Assembly: GCF_004010195.1 (NCBI RefSeq)
Contig: NC_057749.1
Span: forward strand, 15,627,690 to 15,676,438
Length of the DNA: 48,749 bases
From: Chiloscyllium plagiosum
Taxonomy: Eukaryota
Reading direction: 5' to 3'
Notes under the pieces: generated by a model
Databases searched by the model: none
What the model was told of the DNA's origin: nothing
What the model saw: the letters and a program-made list of their open reading frames with translations, nothing else
Shown here: in pieces, positions 35,386-47,068 of the stretch
Layout: each line of letters opens with the position of its first letter
Position numbering within the stretch: position 1 is the first letter of the stretch
Translations under genes and position numbers: made by a program

Positions 35386-37025
35386 AACTCATTCAAAATG
35401 TAATTTCACTCAAAAAATGGGTTTTACAGCAATTGATAATAGTTTTGTGGTTCACTTTCACTGAGAGCAGCTCTCAATTCCAGATTTTGTTAATTGAATT
35501 CAAATTTCAGTTGATCCTGTGTACCCAAAGGATTAGCCTGGACCGCCATCCACAACGCCACCATCCAATTGTTCTCTGTCAACCACTGCCCAGACACACC
35601 TTCACATGCCTATTTACCCGCCGGCCGGTGGGAATGCCCAGAGGGAGGGTTCTGAGTGTGGCAGTCCTCCCTCTTTCCCGTGGAGATCTGGGTTGGTGAG
35701 TGCTGCATGCAGCAGTCCCGTATACCCGCGGATTGTGGTGGTTCACCAACTCCCAGCCCAACTGCTTATTTTGCGGCGCTGTGAAGTCAGGTGTATGTTG
35801 GTTGTGGGAATCTGCATTCCCTTTGAAGTTACCTAAAAGAAACCCTGTTATTATCTTTTTGATTGCATTTCAGCCCCATGCTCCTGATCTTTGGGCACCC
35901 AGTGCTGAGGCAGATCGGAGGATCTCCTGGTGGGTTTGCTCCTGGGCCTGACCAGACTGGCTATAAACAGCTCCAGGCAGCAGGCAGTGGAGGGGTATCA
36001 TTTCTGCTGACTGCCTGCCCCTCTTCCGTGGTTATGTTCAAGCCTGGGTGTCCCTGGAGAGGGAGCACCTGGTGTCCATCAGTGCTTTCGATGCCTTTTG
36101 AGAGTATTGGGCACCTGGGGGATACAGTGCTTTATTTCCCCTTCCAGCTCTATTTTGATTTGATTTGCCACCGTCACTTATTTCACGTAAGCATTAAACT
36201 CGTCGGGCTTTGTTTGCAACTGGTTCACTGGCCACGTAAAAACATCTATTTAAAAACCAATTTCAATCCTTACTTCCTTTTATTAAAACCCAAGGTGGTC
36301 TCAATGGGTGCTGGAGATACATGTGTATAGACCTGTCCCTCTGTTGGTTGATTTATTGTTACAGAAAACTTCAGAAACACACTCGAACTAACTCTGGGAG
36401 GCATGAGTTTATGTTTTGGGGCAAATTGTCCCTGGCTTTGTCTTGGCACTGCAACCTCTGCCCCTGACACTGGATGGCAGCATTGCTACACCGCAGTGAG
36501 TTTGCCATTTGTGAGCTCTCTGGAGAATGGGGTCATGTGAGTGGATTCTAATTAACCGAGCAAATTAGGACAAAGCACAAAGTTTGTCATTTTGCTGCTA
36601 TCTTTAAATTGGATAGGGTGGAGACGTCACTCAGATGAAAAGCTGCAGCAGAGGGTTAAGAGCAGAATATTGAAAAGGGAACATATTCTGTAGGGATGGA
36701 GGAGAAGGGTAGCAGGGAGCGGTGACTAACTGGCTAGCTCTTACAAAGAGCCAGCCCAGGGACAATGGGCTGAAGGATCTCCATCAAGCTGCATTACTGT
36801 GTGACCCTGTGAATCAAAAAACAGTAGCTCAGGTTTAGGAATTGACACAAAAAGGCAGACAAAGATAAATATTCAACAGCAGCAACATAATTCAAATGAT
36901 GTTGGCTGTATATTTAACATCACGTTGTCAGGTTAAAATAAGGATATCCACGCTCACTCCTGGAAGGGTTGGTGTTTGCTAAGGTACAGTCCCCTCAGCA
37001 ACACACTACATTTGGTCCCTCACCC

Positions 37026-37305
37026 TTAGAATCCTAGAAGCAGGACATTCAGCCCATTGACTCACACCTACCCTCTGAAGATCAACCCGAACACCTACCA
37101 TATCCCTGTACCCTGCATCTCCCATGGCTAATCCAACTCACCTGCACATCTTTGGACTGTGGGAGAAAATTGGAGAACCTGGAGGAAATCTACGCAGACA
37201 CAGGGAGAATGTGCAAACTCCACACAGTCACTAGAGGATGGAATCGAACCCAGGCCCCTGGTGATATGAGGCAGCACCGCTAACCACTAAACCACCGTAC
37301 TGCTT
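37026..37305 (-). mobile_element. HE1-type V-SINE
   Basis: Same head, V-domain and tail. Confidence 0.85.
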
Positions 37306-37569
37306 CCTGCTAGTGCCCATGGCCTCTTCACTCAATGAGCAAGCTGTTCACCTGTAGAGGGCATTGCGACCTGAGCTGAGCTCTGTCCTGACCCTTAGAC
37401 TGGGAACAATCCCACTTGGAGGGGCAGGGTCTGGACTCCGTGATGGGAACTGGTTTGAATTTGCTGGGATGGAATATTGTTCAAGGTGTTGGACAAGTTC
37501 ACTCAATGCGCTCTCCAGCCTCATTCTCCCCTCTCCCACACACCGCCCTCACCTAGAACCTTAGAATAT

Positions 37570-39120
37570 AAATGATTCTGGGAAGACAGTTATGAGGAAC
37601 GAGGAAATGGCAGAGGAATTAAACAGATATTTTACATCAGTCCTTATAATGGAAGATGCTTTGAACATCCATTAATCCTAAAAAGTACAGAGAAGGAACT
37701 AAGTACCATCATCATCACTGGAGGAGGTGTAATAGTCAAACCTAATGGGACTAAAGGCAGATAAGTCCCTGGCCCTAATGGCTTGCATCCTAGGATCCTA
37801 AAAGAATTAGTTACATAGTAAAGGATGTAATGGTTATAATTTTTCAAAAATCGTTGGATTCTGAAGACGTTTGAATTGGAAAACTGCCAATGTGACACCC
37901 CTATTCAAAAAGGGAGGAGGGCAAAATGTGGATAACTATAGAGTTATTAGCCTCACATCGATTGTTAGGAAAGTATTGGAACCAATTATTAAAGAAAGTA
38001 GTAGAACATACAGAAGATCATAACTCACAGGCAGATAGGATAATGTAGAAGGCATTTGGTATGCTTTTCTTTATTGGTCAGAGCATCGAATATAGGGGTT
38101 GGGAGGTCATGTTCTGGTTTTACAGGATATTGGTTAGGCCACTGTTGGAATATTGCGTTCAATCCTGGTCTCCCTCCAACCGGAAGGATGTTGTGAAACT
38201 TGAAAGGGTTCAGAAAAGATTTATAAGGCTGTTGCGAGGGTTGGAGGATTGAGCTATAGGGAGAGGCTGAACAGGCTGGGGCTAATTACAACATTTAAGA
38301 GGCATTTGGATGGGTATATGAATAGGAAGGGTTTGGAGGGATATGGGATGAGTACTGGCAAATGGGACTAGATTAATTTAGGATATCTGGTCGGGATGGG
38401 CAATTTGGACTGAAGGGTCTGTTTCCATGCTGTACATCTCTATGACTCTAACCCAGCAGTGTTAACATGGGTTCATGAACAGGAAATGTGACTGATTAAT
38501 TTATTAGAGTGATTCAACCAGAGTAAATAGAGGGGAAGCAGTAGAAGTGCTGTATTTTGACTTTCAGAAAGTGTTTGACAAAGGGTGAAATGATAAGAAT
38601 CAGTTAATGGGCATGATACAGAGTGGGAATAAGGAGTTACTTTTCAGGTTGGCAACCTATAACCAGTGAGGTTCCACGGGCATCAGTGCTGTGGTTACTA
38701 ATGTTTGGAGGACAGAAGTGAATGTCTTGTAACTAAACTTGTAGACAACACAAAAGTAGGTGGAAAATGGTAGATTATGAGAGGAATACAAATAATTGAT
38801 GGAGACATTGATGGGATAAGTAAGTGGGCAAATAGGACCAGAGGGAACAGTCTCAGGATAAAAGGGCACCAATTTCAGATGGAGAGGAGGAAGGATTTCA
38901 TCTCTCAGAGTGTCTTTGGAACTCCTAGGTGCAGAGAGAGCTGTGGGACAGGGTCCTTGTTAAGGCTGAGATAGAGAGATTCTGAATCAAGGGGAATCAT
39001 GGGGAACGGGCAGGAAAGTGGCCATGAGGGAATGTTGGATCAGCCAGGATCCTACTGAATGGTGGAGCAGCATCAAGGGGCTGAATGGCCTCCTCCTCTT
39101 CATGTTTCTTATGGTCTACA
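37570..39120 (+). mobile_element. CR1 RT-region fragment with a younger HER1 copy (~38025-38450) nested inside
   Basis: Degenerate KSPGPNGLHPRILKE, ANVTPLFKKG, NYRVISLTSIVRK, YFDFQKVFDK motifs. Confidence 0.8.
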
Positions 39121-39370
39121 CCCTCATCTCCCCCCTCACTGACCCTACTCTAGCCACTCAAATGAACAAAGTGACTGGGGGCAGTGTCAGAGCCAGGCAG
39201 CCCACCCCACCATATGCCCACTCACATCCACATCCAACCCACTGTGTGAATCAACGTCCCCCATTACCTCTTCAGTCCTTCCCGGCTGCTGAGAGGATCT
39301 AGCAATTTGGGCATGTGCCCCACCAATCCCCACCCTCCCCCTCCTCCTTACCCCCACCCCCACCCTCCCC

Positions 39371-39567
39371 NNNNNNNNNNNNNNNNNNNNNNNNNNNNNN
39401 NNNNNNNNNNNNNNNNNNNNNNNNNNNNNNNNNNNNNNNNNNNNNNNNNNNNNNNNNNNNNNNNNNNNNNNNNNNNNNNNNNNNNNNNNNNNNNNNNNNN
39501 NNNNNNNNNNNNNNNNNNNNNNNNNNNNNNNNNNNNNNNNNNNNNNNNNNNNNNNNNNNNNNNNNNN
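39371..39567. other. Assembly gap
   Basis: N run flanked by C-rich low-complexity sequence. Confidence 0.99.
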
Positions 39568-40249
39568 CCCCGCCCCTCCTCTCCACCATCACCCTCCCCC
39601 TCACCCCAGCAAATGAGTCTATGTTAAGGCAAGTTGGAACCAAGTTTCGGAACCCTGTTCTGTAAGAGGCTGCCTTGTTCATGTCCTTGATTGTAACCTT
39701 CCCTGCATTGTTTATCTAATCACTGACCACCATGACAAAGCACTGCTTTGTTTCTGAGACTTTCAATCCCATTATTAAGAAACAAAATGCAGCAATGTTC
39801 AAAGTGACTGTGAAATGGCAAATGGCCAGAAATCCATCAGGTTCACTCATGCCCCTTTGTGGGGGTATATTGTTGTAGGGAATCAATCTCCAAACACCAC
39901 CTTGCACATCCCCAATTTTAACAGCCCTCCCTCCTGCAGATGGGAATCAAACCGGTGTCTTTGGTGCTGTGAGGCAGCAGTGCTAACCACTGAGCCACTA
40001 TACCACCCAATCTGTGACCTGTGCTGGTTTGTGAAACGAGGCTTGTGTTATCGCAAAGGGGACAAAGAGAAATCCACAGATTCGTCCAACAAATAAAAGC
40101 AAAATCCTGCAGGATGCTGGAAAACTGAAATTAAAATAGTAAGTGCTGGAGGAACTCAGCAGATCTGGCAGCATCTGTAGGGAGAGAAAGAGTTGACGTT
40201 TTGAGGCCAGTGTGATCCTTGAGCATTGATTTCTAAACAACTAACTTGC

Positions 40250-42270
40250 TGATGAATTTTTGAAACAAAACAGAGAGGGGTGAAGCTGTTAATGTGATGT
40301 TTATGGATGTGTCCAAAAGGCATCAGCACAGACAGACTTGTGAGGAAAGCAATAGGTCAAGGAATAAAAGGGACAGTAACAACATGTGTACCAATTGGCC
40401 CAGGGAAAGGAAACAGACCGTCATGGTCAATAGATATTTTTGGGCTGGAGGCAGGTTTTTAGTAGAGTTCACTAGGGGTTGGTATTGGGACTCTGGCTAC
40501 TTTCTGGTCTAGATCTTGATACAGAGCGACCAATTTCAAAGTTCGCAGATGACACACTTGGGAGATTTGTAAACTGAGTTGTGTAGTGATTATAATGAGG
40601 TCAGCCAGCTAGACCTCATAGAATAGGAGTTCCCTGATTGAGCCTGTTAATCTGGTCCAATCAGGGAGCCCTGGCTGACATGGAACGGTTGTGTTCTTGA
40701 TGAAGGGCTTTTGTCCGAAACGTCAATTTTCCTGCTCGGATGCTGCCTGACCTGCTGTGCTTTTCCAGCACCACACTGATCTTGACTCTAATCTCCAGCA
40801 CCTGCAGTACCCACCCATGAAAAGGTTGGGTGTCAGGGATACTGTCACTCTGGTACCGGACTCTGAATGGGGCAGTGCTAAAGTCAAGGACTGTTCATGT
40901 GGAAATGAAAGGTGACTTGGTGACAGGATACTGGCCTCTCTGGAGTTACCTCAAGGTGTAGTAGGATTTCAAGAAGATCTCGACAACTTAGTGGAGGGGG
41001 CAGAGAGAAGGCAGATAAAGTTTGATGCAGAGAAGCACGAGGGGATGCTCTTTTCTACTGAGAACGTGGAGAAACAGGGAGGGTTCTGTTCGGAAGGGTG
41101 TGCCTAAGTTATTCAAAGTGGCAGGATCAGTGAAGAGAGCTGTAAAAAAAGCATATAGTGTTCCAGATGTCACAAGTGGGCACAAAGAGCAGAGAGGTTC
41201 TGCTGACTGAGTGGAACAATATTCAATTCTGGTCTCCTTCCTGTAGGAACGACGTTGTGATACTTGAAAGGGTCCAGAAAAGATTTACAAGGATGTGGTC
41301 AGGGTTGGAGGGTTTGACCTATAGGCAGAGGCTAGGGCTGTATGCCCTGGAGTGTCAGAGGCTGAGGGGTGACCTTATAGAGGTTTATAAAATCATGAGG
41401 GGCACGGACAGGGTGAATGGACAAGGTCTTTTCCCCAGTGTAGAGGGTCCAAAACTAGAGGGCATAGGTTTAAGGTGTGAGGGGAAAGATATAAAAGAGA
41501 CCTAAGGGGCAATGTTTTTATACAGAGGGTGGTACAGATGTGGAATGAGCTGCCAGAGGAAGTGGTGGAGGCTGGTACAATTACATTTTAAAGATGTCAG
41601 GATGGGTATATGAATAGGAAGGGTTTACAGGGACATGGGCCAAGTGCTGGCAAATGGGACTAGATTAGTTTAGGATACCTGTATGGTATGGGGGAGTTGG
41701 ACTGAATGCTCTGTATCTGTGCTGTACATCTCTTAGGACCCTGATAGTTCGATCTTAGCTGCAGTGTTGGCTCCAGGTCCGGCTGTCCACACCACTGAAA
41801 GGATATGAATGCATCAGTGAGAATGTGGAAGGAGTTTACAGGAATGGTTCCAGGAATGAGAAACTTCAGTGATGAGGAATGACTGGGGAATTTGGGACCG
41901 TTTTCACTGGAGAGAAAAAGGTTAAGACAATAGTCTTCATAACGAGAGGGGGTCAGGAGACAGCGATTGGGAAAAAACTGCTCCATGCATAAAAGGATGG
42001 GGAAATCTGAGGGAACAGTTTGATAAAGTGTCACAAAAGAAGCAAACACATGATGGGAATGAACTCAAACACAGCAAGTGGTTGGGAGGTAGGATGCACT
42101 GCCTGAGACTGGTCAGGGCAGATCCAAATGAGGCATTCAAGAGGACACCGCTTAGTTATTTGGAGAGAAACACTGCAGTTTATTGGAGAAATGGCAGGAG
42201 TTCAGTACCGAGGCAAAATGCCCAGAGAGCCAGCGCAGACATGATGGACTGAATGGTCTCCGCCTGCACT
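40250..42270 (+). mobile_element. Cluster of nested CR1 fragments (younger HER1 copy ~41210-41735)
   Basis: KFADDT, QFWSPSCRNDVVILERVQKRFTRM, RLRGDLIEVYKIMRG. Confidence 0.8.
40582..40953 (+). mobile_element. Solo LTR inserted in a CR1 and itself interrupted by a Penelope-like fragment (~40695-40815)
   Basis: TGTAGTG...ACCTCA, flanks AGTTG/AGGTG (imperfect 5-bp TSD); shares GAGTTCCCTGATTG...CAGGGAGCCCTGGCTGACA with 2122-2339. Confidence 0.7.
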
Positions 42271-42967
42271 GAAACAAATCTGAGATACCAGGGAAGTGCT
42301 GCACTGTTGGGAGGTGCCGGGAGGAGAGATTAAGCTGACGCCCCACCTCTCAGCCCACGAACGGGACCCAAAATGGGGCAAGGCTTTTCCCAGTGACCTG
42401 GTCATGTGACTCCACCATCAATGGCACCAAAGTGAGATTAATTACCCCTTCACCTCATTGGCATTTGTGTGGATCTTCCTGTGCACAATATGGCAGACCC
42501 ACTCAGCAGGAGCACATCTAAACATATTTAACATCCTGAGGAGAGTATAGGAAAAGGCCTGTACTAATGTGTGACTTTCTGCATAGTCAGGACATCTCTA
42601 AAGATGAAACTGGGGGCCAGTGGTTTAAAGAGCTCAGCCAAAGGGCCTGAGGGGAGATGAGCAGAATATTTTTAATGGGGTGAGTCATTGTGACCTGGGA
42701 TGTGAGGCCTTTTTGGGAGCTGGTTGCAAAGTAACTTTTCAAAAGGGGTAAAAGAAATCGATAGGTAAGTGAACAGCAGCTGTTGGGGGGCTGCAGAGTG
42801 GGCAGCAATGGAATTATTGGATCACTCTTTGAAGGGGCTGACACAGGCACCCTGGGCTGAATGGCCTCATCTCGTGCTGTACAATTCTATGAATTGAGTA
42901 AAGCTATACAGGAGACGCCCTTCAGCCCATACCACCAAACCGATACTAAATCTACACCAGTCCCATC

Positions 42968-43615
42968 AATAGACAATAGGTGCAGGAGTAGGCCATTCTG
43001 CCCTTCGAGCCTGCACCACCATTCAATATGATCATGGCTGATCATCCTTAATCAGTATCCTGTTCCTGCCTTATCTCCATAACCCTTGATTCCACTGTCC
43101 TTGAGAGCTCTATCCAACTCTTTCTTAAATGAATCCAGAAACTGGGCCTCCACTGCCCTCTGGGGCAGAGCATTCCACACAGCCACCACTCTCTGGGTGA
43201 AGAAGTTTCTCCTCATCTCTGTCCTAAATGGTCTACCCCGTATTTTTAAGCTGTGTCCTCTGGTTCGTCACTCACCCATCAGCAGAAACATGTTTCCTGC
43301 CGCCAGAGTGTCCAATCTTATATGTTGCAATCAGATCCCCTCTCAGTCTTCTAAACTCAAGGGTATACAAGCCCAGTCGCTCCAGTCTTTCAGTGTAAGG
43401 TAGTCCCGCCATTCCGGGAATTGACCTCGTGAACCTACGCTGCACTCCCTCAATAACCAGAATGTCTTTCCTCAAATTTGGAGACCAGAACTGCACACAA
43501 TACTCCAGGTGTGGTCTCACCAGGACCTCTGCTTCTATACTCAATCCCTCTTGTTATGAAGGCCAGCATGCTATTAGCCTTCTTCACTACCTGCTGTCCC
43601 TGCATGCTTACCTTC
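42968..43615 (-). mobile_element. CR1 LINE 3' fragment (second family)
   Basis: [65 protein letters not shown]. Confidence 0.9.
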
Positions 43616-44075
43616 ATCATGTTGAACCTTTGTGACATTTCAGGTTGCTCATCCAAGGGGGTTTCCCATCTCCCAGCCAGGGCATTCCAGACCCCCAGGG
43701 GTGTGCAAACATTTTCAACAGAAACAGAAACTTCTGGAAAAGGGTGACTGGACCCAAAATGTTAATTCCATCTGCACTCCCCAACCGGGTGCTGATAGAC
43801 TGCACCTGCAGTTATTTGTTTTTTTTTTAAAAGAAAACCCATTTAAATTTGTTTGCTGTGGACAGGAAGCCAGTTTAGCCTTCCCCTTAAAACGACCGAA
43901 AGAAACTGACCAACAGCAGAGCTAGTTATCGGGTGCAGGTGAATTTCACTGACCCAGCGAAAATAACCACCATAAACTCCGGCTGGAATTACACCGGGCT
44001 CTGACTTGGACTTTCTGACCTGGTCACAAATATCTCCAAAATAAAATGGATTTGAAACTGACACACAAACAGCAG

Positions 44076-44081
44076 TTTATT
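44076..44081 (-). terminator. Candidate TP53BP1 polyadenylation signal
   Basis: AATAAA on minus ~180 nt after the stop, with U-rich upstream and GT/T-rich downstream sequence. Confidence 0.6.
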
Positions 44082-44258
44082 CGATTATTTTTTAATAAAA
44101 ATGAAACCAATAAAACTATGTACATTTTCATACATGCAGTTACAAACACAGACGATTAAAAGCTTCTAAAATGTAAAACAACGGCACAATTGATTGGCGG
44201 TTGAGGGAGCAAGGAAGGGGGAGGGAGGAGGAGAAGGGACACAATGGGACATTTCCCT

Positions 44259-44446
44259 TTAACTGGGTTTGTAGGTGTGTTTGTACTTGGGGTGGCTGTA
44301 GGGAGTGACTTTCTGTCCTGTGATCAAACTCTGGATGACCCACTCCTGAGACACCACAGGGAGAGCAAGTGATTCCGCACATTTCAGCAAGGACACTGGA
44401 CAGGAGGGATCCGTGATCACCATGTCGAAGATTCCCAACGGGACGT
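44259..44446 (-). CDS. TP53BP1: TP53BP1 terminal coding exon, 188 bp including TAA
   Basis: gttttcag|; [62 protein letters not shown]. Confidence 0.95.
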
Positions 44447-44489
44447 CTGAAAACACAAACAGCAAACCTTAGCGAGTTCGAGCAGGAAC

Positions 44490-44792
44490 TCAGAAGCCCT
44501 ACAGTGTGCAAAGCAGGACATTTGGCCCACTGAGTCCATACTGACCCTCTGAAAAGCCTCCCATCCAGACCCAACTCCCCCAACCCTGCCCAACCTCTGT
44601 AACCCTGCGTTTCCCATGGCTAACCCACCCTAACCTGGGCATCTTTGGATTGACAGAGGAAACCGGAGCATCCGGAGGAAACCCACGCAGACACGAGGAG
44701 AGTGTGTAAACTCCACACAGACAGTTGCCCGAGGCTGGAATCGAACCTGGGACCCTGGTGCTGTGAGGCAGCAATGCTAACCACTGAGCCAT
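44490..44792 (-). mobile_element. HE1-type V-SINE in the last TP53BP1 intron
   Basis: Near full-length copy starting TGGCTCAGTGGTTAGCATTGCTGCCTCACAGC. Confidence 0.88.
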
Positions 44793-45360
44793 CCAAGCAT
44801 GCAGCTCAAGTAATCAAAGGTCAGGTAAGGTGGCAAATTCTTTTACGGGATTTGAGCATCACACACTAGCGCAGCGTTGGTCATCCCTGGACATGAAGGT
44901 CCTGTCACCCATTTCAGTGGCATTACTGTGGGCCTGGAGTGACGTGGACACAATAATGGATAAGGAAGGCTGGTTCCCTCCTCAGCTGCGGTTTCTTTTC
45001 ACAACTGCCACTATTATGATGACCAGCTTTCCAACTCCAACTTCACTGGGAGAATTAAATCGATTAATGAACTGAAGTGAACTTCCAATAGTTTCACTGG
45101 TGGCTATTTGAACCAGTGACTCCACAGCATTAATAAAACGGTATGGAGAGGAAGCAAGAATGGTGTGTGCAGTAGGACAAATCAACCGTCGTCAGACTGA
45201 ATGGGTAGCAGGGCTGAATGGCCTACACTCTGTCCAATATTGACCCAATGTCTCAACCATTCATCATGTGCCATCCCCAGGTCAATCCAGTAAACCTTTC
45301 CTGGAGCTGTTCCAACACAACGTGCTGCTGAGGCTGCATAAGGCTCTGGTCAGATCACAT

Positions 45361-45610
45361 TTACTCTGTATCTGACCCCGTGCTGTCCCTGTCCTGGGGA
45401 GGGTATGATGGGGATAGTGTAGAGAGAGCTTTACTCTGTATCTGACCCCGTGCTGTCCCTGTCCTGGGAGTGTTTGATGGGGGACAGTGTAGAGAGAGCT
45501 TTACTCTGTATCTAACCCCGTCCTGTCCCAGTCCCGGTATCTGACCCCGTGCTGTCCCAGTCCCGGTATCTGACCCCGTGCTGTCCCTGTCCCTGGGAGT
45601 GTTTAATGAG
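45361..45610 (+). repeat. ~70-bp minisatellite of a type common in shark genomes
   Basis: TTACTCTGTATCTGACCCCGTGCTGTCCCTGTCCTGGGAG...GTGTAGAGAGAGCT at 45361, 45431, 45501, then shortened units. Confidence 0.9.
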
Positions 45611-45781
45611 GTTGATGTCAGAAGCACAACTTGCTACAATCCTCATTTCCAAAACTCCACATTTTAGGAGGAAGAACCCGCTCCCCTATTTCCACAGTAA
45701 AGCAGATACACAGTGTACAGACTTCCCATAACATCACGGACTTCCCCCAGGACCAGGCCATGGGGTCAGGCAGACGCTGAC

Positions 45782-45927
45782 CTTTGTTGTGAGCTGAGGA
45801 GTTGTGTTGTCTGACCGACATCGCCCCTCCCATCATCAGGATCTCCGACCAGAGGCTGAGGAAACCCTCCTGCTGGTCCGACACCAACAACAACGTCATA
45901 TTCTTGAACGGAGTGCTCCGGGGATGC
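45782..45927 (-). CDS. TP53BP1: TP53BP1 coding exon, 146 bp (BRCT2)
   Basis: ttcctcag|G CAT...; [49 protein letters not shown]|gtcagc. Confidence 0.94.
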
Positions 45928-45957
45928 CTGAGGAACGGAGAGAGCAAGGAGGGAGTG

Positions 45958-46062
45958 GTGAACGAGAGGAGGGAAGGGGTGAACGAGAGGAGGGAAGGGG
46001 TGAACGAGAGGAGGGAAGGGGTGAACGAGAGGAGGGAAGGGGTGAACGAGAGGAGGGAAGGG
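45958..46062 (+). repeat. 21-bp tandem repeat x5 next to an assembly gap
   Basis: GTGAACGAGAGGAGGGAAGGG repeated. Confidence 0.95.
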
Positions 46063-46077
46063 GGGAGCATGAATATA

Positions 46078-46757
46078 NNNNNNNNNNNNNNNNNNNNNNN
46101 NNNNNNNNNNNNNNNNNNNNNNNNNNNNNNNNNNNNNNNNNNNNNNNNNNNNNNNNNNNNNNNNNNNNNNNNNNNNNNNNNNNNNNNNNNNNNNNNNNNN
46201 NNNNNNNNNNNNNNNNNNNNNNNNNNNNNNNNNNNNNNNNNNNNNNNNNNNNNNNNNNNNNNNNNNNNNNNNNNNNNNNNNNNNNNNNNNNNNNNNNNNN
46301 NNNNNNNNNNNNNNNNNNNNNNNNNNNNNNNNNNNNNNNNNNNNNNNNNNNNNNNNNNNNNNNNNNNNNNNNNNNNNNNNNNNNNNNNNNNNNNNNNNNN
46401 NNNNNNNNNNNNNNNNNNNNNNNNNNNNNNNNNNNNNNNNNNNNNNNNNNNNNNNNNNNNNNNNNNNNNNNNNNNNNNNNNNNNNNNNNNNNNNNNNNNN
46501 NNNNNNNNNNNNNNNNNNNNNNNNNNNNNNNNNNNNNNNNNNNNNNNNNNNNNNNNNNNNNNNNNNNNNNNNNNNNNNNNNNNNNNNNNNNNNNNNNNNN
46601 NNNNNNNNNNNNNNNNNNNNNNNNNNNNNNNNNNNNNNNNNNNNNNNNNNNNNNNNNNNNNNNNNNNNNNNNNNNNNNNNNNNNNNNNNNNNNNNNNNNN
46701 NNNNNNNNNNNNNNNNNNNNNNNNNNNNNNNNNNNNNNNNNNNNNNNNNNNNNNNNN
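46078..46757. other. Assembly gap within a TP53BP1 intron
   Basis: N run flanked by G-rich repeats; flanking exons join in phase, so no coding exon is missing. Confidence 0.99.
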
Positions 46758-46868
46758 GGGGAGAGTCAGTGATGGGGGGGAGAGTGTATGTGGTGGAAGG
46801 GGGTGTGGGGTAAATGGGGGTGGGTGAATGCGGTTTGGGGGGGGGGAGCAAGGTTCCGTGTCTCTCAC

Positions 46869-47068
46869 CACTCCAGGATCCGATCCGCCTCCACGCTGTA
46901 TCCTGCCGGAAGCAGGTAATTCTTGTAAGGCTGCAGCTGATTGGCCAGGGCGCAGTCCCGTACCCAAAGGTTAGACACACATGGGATGCCGCTGGCGATA
47001 CACAGGAAGTATTTCTTGGTCCGACAGTGCTGGTCTGCGATCAGGATACACTGGTACGCAGCTTTACA
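46869..47068 (-). CDS. TP53BP1: TP53BP1 coding exon, 200 bp (BRCT1)
   Basis: tttcag|; CKAAYQCILIADQHCRTKKYFLCIASGIPCVSNLWVRDCALANQLQPYKNYLLPAGYSVEADRILE(W); TG|gtgaga. Confidence 0.95.

Noticed and set aside
39299..39682. ORFs spanning the first gap
   Set aside because: N-run artefacts flanked by low-complexity sequence
44730..44792. tRNA-like A/B boxes (also at other SINE heads)
   Set aside because: They continue directly into the SINE V-domain and lack a complete cloverleaf
45618..46980. Long 322-449 aa ORFs
   Set aside because: Artefacts of reading through the N gap; only the TP53BP1 exon parts are real
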